52,459 nucleotides of DNA from Chiloscyllium plagiosum (Eukaryota), in assembly GCF_004010195.1 (NCBI RefSeq), contig NC_057720.1, positions 485,751-538,209 of the forward strand, written 5' to 3'. Below, in pieces: positions 47,271 through 52,459 of this stretch. The notes beneath the pieces were generated by a model, which saw only the letters and a program-made list of their open reading frames with translations, did not search any database and was not told where the DNA came from. The position numbers and the translations under genes were made by a program. How positions within the stretch are numbered: the stretch's first letter is position 1; each line of letters opens with the position of its first letter.

Positions 47271-47525
47271 CACAAGGCAATATTTAACCAAAAAAAGCAT
47301 AGGAGCCAAAGTAGCTCCTTTAGCCCATCGAGTCTACGCTCCCATTCAATGAGATCATGGCTGATAAACCTGAACCCCAGTTTCCTGCCTTCGTCCCATA
47401 ACCCTTGATTCCATAACTGAATAAAAATCTCTCTCAGCCTTGAATATACTTAATGATTCAGCCACAATGACCCTCCGTGCTAAAGAAATCCACAGATTCA
47501 CTCCCCTCGGAGAGAAGACATTCAT

Positions 47526-48710
47526 CTAGAAGACAGAGGGTGGTGGTGGAGGGTTGTTTTTCAGACAGGAGGCCTGTGACCAGTGGAGTGCCACAAGGAT
47601 CGGTGCTGGGTCCTCTACTTTTTGTCATTTATATAAATGATTTGGATGTGAGCATAAGAGGTACAGTTAGTAAGTTTGCAGATGATACAAAAATTGGAGG
47701 TGTAGTGGACAGCGAAGAGGGTTACCTCAGATTACAGCAGGATCTTGACCAGATGGGCCAATGGGCTGAGAAGTGGCAGATGGAGTTTAATTCAGATAAA
47801 TGCGAGGTTCTGCCTTTTGGGAAAGCAAATCTTAGCAGGACTTATACACGTAATGGTAAGGTCCTAGGGAGTGTTGCTGAACAAAGAGACCTTGGAGTGC
47901 AGGTTCATAGCTCCTTGAAAGGCTGAACAGGCTGGGGCTGTTTTCCCTGGAGCGTCGGAGGCTGAGGGGTGACCTTATAGAGGTTTACAAAATCCTGAGG
48001 GGCATGGATAGGATAAATAGACAAAGTTTTTTCACTGGAGTCAGGGAGTCCAGAACTAGAGGGCATAGGTTTAGGGTGAGAGGGGAAAGATATAAAAGAG
48101 ACCTAAGGGGCAACTTTTTCACACAGAGGGTGGTACGTGTATGGAATGAGCTGCCAGAGGATGTGGTGGAGGCTGGTAGAACTGAAACATTTAAGAGGCA
48201 TTTGGATGGGTATATGAATAGGAAGGGTTTGGAGGGATATGGGCCGGGTGCTGGCAGGTGGGACTAGATTGGGTTGGGATATCTGGTCGGCATGGACGGG
48301 TTGGACTGAAGGGTCTGTTTCCATCCTGTACATCTCTATGACTCTAAGATCACCTCTCAGCCTCTGACACTCCAGGGAAAACAGCTCCAGCCTGTTCAGC
48401 CTCTCTCTGTAGCTCAAATCCTCCAACCCTGGCAACATCCTTGTAAATCTTTTCTGAACCCTTTCAGGTTTCACAACATCTTTCCGATAGGAAGGAGACC
48501 AGAATGGCACGCAATATTCCAACAGTGGCCTAACCAATGTCCTGTACAGCTGCAACATGACCTCCCAACTCCTGTACTCAATACCCTGACCAATAAAGGA
48601 AAGCATACCAAACGCCTTCTTCACTATCCTATCTACCTGCGACTCCACTTTCAAGGAGCTATGAACCTGCACTCCAAGGTCTCTTTGTTATAGAAGTTTA
48701 CAAAATTACG
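47526..48710. mobile_element. Young CR1 3' part (plus, 47526-48344, internal deletion at 47920) followed by an inverted CR1 piece (minus, 48345-48689)
   Basis: ORFs 47477-47926, 48004-48267 and 48103-48672. Same subfamily as 24876-26746. Confidence 0.9.
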
Positions 48711-49047
48711 TTTTGTCACCATACTGGGTAACATCATCATCGAGTCTCCGGATGAAGCACTGGTGTTAGTGACCTGCTTTCTATGTATGCGCTTTTCATT
48801 AGTCATGGGTTGAAGCATTATGGAACGCGGGCAGGAAAGTGGAGTTGAGGCCAAGATGAAATCAGCCATGATTGTATTAAATGGGGAGCAGGTTGAAGGG
48901 ACTGAATGGCCTACTCCAGTTCTTCTGTTACGTTCTGATTGAACTGTAATCTCAAATCCACATTCCCACCTTCCCCAATGACCATTCACCCCTCTTGCTA
49001 TTCCTTTATAACACAGATTCAAAGATTTTTAAACACATAGTAGAAAT

Positions 49048-49253
49048 TCAAAGTTTGGGAGAAGATTTGTAGCTCGGGTGTCAGTTTCAGCTGTCCGCGG
49101 ACAACCGGAAGCGGCAGGGACAGGCCACTATAAATGCCGGAGGAAACACCACAGAAGCGCTTCACAGGAGGCTCCCAAGCACTGAGGATGTCACCTAGAC
49201 AGGGGACGAAACGTTTGCAACAAAAACTTCCAGCTCGGCGAACAGAACCACAG
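49048..49253 (+). mobile_element. Short PLE-type insertion (third family) with 14-bp TSD
   Basis: CACATAGTAGAAAT at 49034-49047 and 49254-49267. Contains TATAAA near 49128 and a hammerhead motif. Confidence 0.8.
49179..49218 (+). ncRNA. Minimal hammerhead ribozyme motif
   Basis: gca-CTGAGGA-t-GTCaCCT-agac-AGGgGAC-GAAA-cg-TT-tgc. Stems I and II pair, the triplet is GUU, and stem III has an ACGT palindrome. Confidence 0.7.
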
Positions 49254-49951
49254 CACATAGTAGAAATATCCCAAGGTGGCCTTTACAGATTGAACAGAAA
49301 CAAGAGCTTTGTTTGAGAAATGGTACAATTTGTAGACATTATTGTAATTCCATGTTGCTGTTCCTCTAGCAAGACCCAGTCCAGCTCATTTCCAAGGGAG
49401 AGAGCTTTTTTTTTCTTTTTTAACACTTGGTTTTGACCCACACCTGGGATGTGGGTGATCCATGTAGTTGAGATTGATCCAAAGTGCTATTAGGGAATGA
49501 ATTCCAGGATTTTGACCCAGTGACAGTTAAACACTTTGAGTTTGAAATAATTACAATTTCATCTCATCTGCTGAAATGACAGATCATTTTTGAAATGGTC
49601 ACAATGCTCCTGAGTTAGCTTCCTTCCAGGCCTGAACTAACTCCAATTCATTTTCTATTTTTCAAACACTTACTCTCACTTTGTTTCCACTCACTGAATC
49701 CCAACATGGGTCTGTGAAGAATTGTAACTTATTCTAACAGAATCTCATTACTTTAAACTCTTTTCCTTTGGAATACTGCCTGGCATGGGTTATTCTATTG
49801 GAAGACCACCCAGCAACATCAAAGCTCGATACAGCTTCTCGCTCAAACAACTTTCAACTTAGAACAAAAATGCATGTCAGAGTCAGGAACGTTCTCTCCC
49901 TAAACTCTCTCGGTAGTCCTCTAGGAGCTCTGGGTAACTGCCAATTGAAGA

Positions 49952-51838
49952 TTGTTTTTCAGACTGGGAGCCTGTGCCCAGTGGAGTGCCACAAGGATCG
50001 GTGCTGGGCCCTCTACTTTTTGTCATTTACATAAATGATTTGGATGTGAGCATAAAAGGTACAGTTAGTAAGTTTGCAGATGACACCAAAATTGGAGGTG
50101 TAGTGGACAGCGAAGAGGGTTACCTCAGATTACAACAGGATCTGGACCAGATGGGCCAATGGGCTGAGAAGTGGCAGATGGAGTTTAATTCAGATANNNN
50201 NNNNNNNNNNNNNNNNNNNNNNNNNNNNNNNNNNNNNNNNNNNNNNNNNNNNNNNNNNNNNNNNNNNNNNNNNNNNNNNNNNNNNNNNNNNNNNNNNNNN
50301 NNNNNNNNNNNNNNNNNNNNNNNNNNNNNNNNNNNNNNNNNNNNNNNNNNNNNNNNNNNNNNNNNNNNNNNNNNNNNNNNNNNNNNNNNNNNNNNNNNNN
50401 NNNNNNNNNNNNNNNNNNNNNNNNNNNNNNNNNNNNNNNNNNNNNNNNNNNNNNNNNNNNNNNNNNNNNNNNNNNNNNNNNNNNNNNNNNNNNNNNNNNN
50501 NNNNNNNNNNNNNNNNNNNNNNNNNNNNNNNNNNNNNNNNNNNNNNNNNNNNNNNNNNNNNNNNNNNNNNNNNNNNNNNNNNNNNNNNNNNNNNNNNNNN
50601 NNNNNNNNNNNNNNNNNNNNNNNNNNNNNNNNNNNNNNNNNNNNNNNNNNNNNNNNNNNNNNNNNNNNNNNNNNNNNNNNNNNNNNNNNNNNNNNNNNNN
50701 NNNNNNNNNNNNNNNNNNNNNNNNNNNNNNNNNNNNNNNNNNNNNNNNNNNNNNNNNNNNNNNNNNNNNNNNNNNNNNNNNNNNNNNNNNNNNNNNNNNN
50801 NNNNNNNNNNNNNNNNNNNNNNNNNNNNNNNNNNNNNNNNNNNNNNNNNNNNNNNNNNNNNNNNNNNNNNNNNNNNNNNNNNNNNNNNNNNNNNNNNNNN
50901 NNNNNNNNNNNNNNNNNNNNNNNNNNNNNNNNNNNNNNNNNNNNNNNNNNNNNNNNNNNNNNNCATTTATCCAGGTTGAACTCCATCTGCCATTTCTCAG
51001 CCCAGCTCTGCATCCTGTCTATGTCGCGCTGCAGCCTGCAATAGACCTCGATACAATCAACGGTATCTCTAACCTTTGTGTCATCTGCAAATTTACTAAC
51101 CCACCCCTCAACCTCCTTATCCAAGTCATTTATAAAAATACAAAGAGCAGAGACCCAAGAACAGAGCCCAGCGGGACCCCACTCAACACTGACCTCCTTG
51201 CAGAATACTTTCCATCTACAACCACTCTCTGCCTTCTGTCAACCAACCAATTCTGAATCCAGATAGCCAAATCTCCCTGTATCCCATACTTCCTGACTTT
51301 ATGAATATGAGTCTATCATGGGGGACCTTATCAGATGCCTTGCTGACGTCCGTATACACCACATCCACTGCTCAACTGTCGTCGACCTGTCTTGACACCT
51401 CCTCAAAGAACTCAATAAGATTTGTGAGGCATGACCTGCCCCTCACAAAGCCATGCTGACTGCCTTTAATCACACTATACGTTGCCAAATAGTCATAAAT
51501 CCTATCCCTCAGAATTCTTTCCAAAACTTTGCGGACAACACACGTAAGACTGACTGAACTATATTTGCCAGGAATTTCCCTATTCCCCTTCTTGAAAAGA
51601 GGAACAACATTTGTCTCCCTCCAATCCTCCGGTACGACTCCCACAGAGGGTGAGGAGGCAAATATCCTCACCAGCGGTTTAGCAACCTCCTGTCTCACTT
51701 CCCGGAGCAGCCGAGGATAAATCTGGTCTGGCCCTGGGGACTTATCAATATTAATGTTTTCCAAAATTTCCTGCACATCAATGTCATCAATCTTGATCTG
51801 TTCAAGTCTGCTTCCCAGCTCCTCAAAGTTCTCACTCT
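49952..51838. mobile_element. CR1 RT fragments: plus 49952-50196 and minus 50964-51838, separated by an N gap
   Basis: GVPQGSVLGPLLF...FADDTK on plus. KSPGPDQIYPRLLRE...CLTNLIEFFE on minus. Confidence 0.9.
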
Positions 51839-51839
51839 C

Positions 51840-52459
51840 TCAGCAGAGCAGGTAAGGGCTGTTTGGCAGTGGCTGCTTGAAGGCTCGGGGACGTTTGTTT
51901 AACGGTTTAAATCTGAAAGGTTTTTTTTTAAAAAAGTGCGGAGCGGACCCGGAAGCTGGTGTAGCGCAAGCTTACCTGGGTAGGTTTGTTTTCCCTATAA
52001 AAGGGCGCAGGAGAAGAACCCGAGGCACTACAGAGGTAGTGCCTCCCACCCTCCCTCCTCCTCTAACCTAATAATAAGACCCGTTGTGGTAAGTAGGTGA
52101 GTGCTGCATTTTGCTTGTTCTATTCTTTAGACCTAGTTTTTTTTAAAAAGGTTACTTTCAGAGGGATGGAAGTGAAGGCAGTGCAATGTTCCTCTTGCAA
52201 CATGTTTGAGGTGAGGGATGCCATGGTCGTCCCTGCTGATTACACTTGCAGGAAGTGCACCCATCTCCAGCTCCTCCAAGACCATGTTAGGGAACTGGAG
52301 CTGGAGTTGGATGAACTTAGGAACATTCGGGAGGCAGAGGGGGATCATAGATCGGAGCTTTAGGGAAGTAGTAACTCCAAAGATGAAAGATAGATGGGTG
52401 ACAGTGAGGGGGACTGGGAGGAAGCAGCCAGTGCAGGGAACCCCTGCGGCCGTTCCCCT
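51840..52459 (+). mobile_element. CR1 5' region and start of ORF1 (zinc finger/leucine zipper), running off the window
   Basis: ATG at 52166 gives MEVKAVQCSSCNMFEV...YTCRKCTHLQLLQDHVRELELELDELRNIREAEG (two CxxC pairs plus heptads). A frameshift near 52345 precedes IIDRSFREVVTPK. Confidence 0.85.

Larger units (their letters stand above)
7032..52459 (-). other. VAV3: Probable 3' part of VAV3 intron 2 (more than 45 kb)
   Basis: I found no exon-2-like peptide (FLCLKNIRTF...FDLFDVRDFGK) by eye or in the ORF track, and the region is repeat-dominated. The exon could be hidden in an N gap. Confidence 0.7.

Noticed and set aside
49974..51124. Long ORFs and an apparent giant CR1 palindrome across the gap
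   Set aside because: The two sides are different CR1 subfamilies separated by Ns, so the structure cannot be judged.

Overview
This is a vertebrate window, most likely from a shark or ray (inferred from the HE1-type V-SINEs, DeuSINE-like relics and CR1 families), in a gapped assembly. It holds five consecutive coding exons of a VAV3-type Rho/Rac GEF gene on the minus strand (exons 3-7 by human numbering, at 7031-6973, 5091-5026, 3888-3780, 1907-1815 and 286-218). All have GT-AG boundaries and splice in frame, covering the end of the CH domain, the acidic region with its three regulatory tyrosines, and the start of the DH domain. No exon 2 was found, so everything from 7032 to the end is probably part of a very large intron 2. 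That intron is packed with nested CR1 and L2 LINE fragments, two tRNA-derived SINE families, Penelope-like element (PLE) remnants, a decayed Harbinger-type Myb/SANT exon and minisatellites. The most interesting signals are: (1) minimal hammerhead-ribozyme motifs from at least three PLE families, several inside short inverted-repeat insertions with target-site duplications, with the best-preserved ones antisense to VAV3; (2) minisatellites that appear to have grown out of retroelement sub-segments; (3) a SINE/LINE pair sharing a 3' tail; (4) a rare CR1 5' end with ORF1 at the window edge. Most other ORFs in the supplied track are TE fragments, simple repeats or N-gap artefacts. Family names come from recalled consensus motifs, not database searches. 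N gaps: 2449-2620, 10756-11080, 11730-11835, 19240-19380, 25176-26051, 27132-27631, 29662-30240, 50197-50963.
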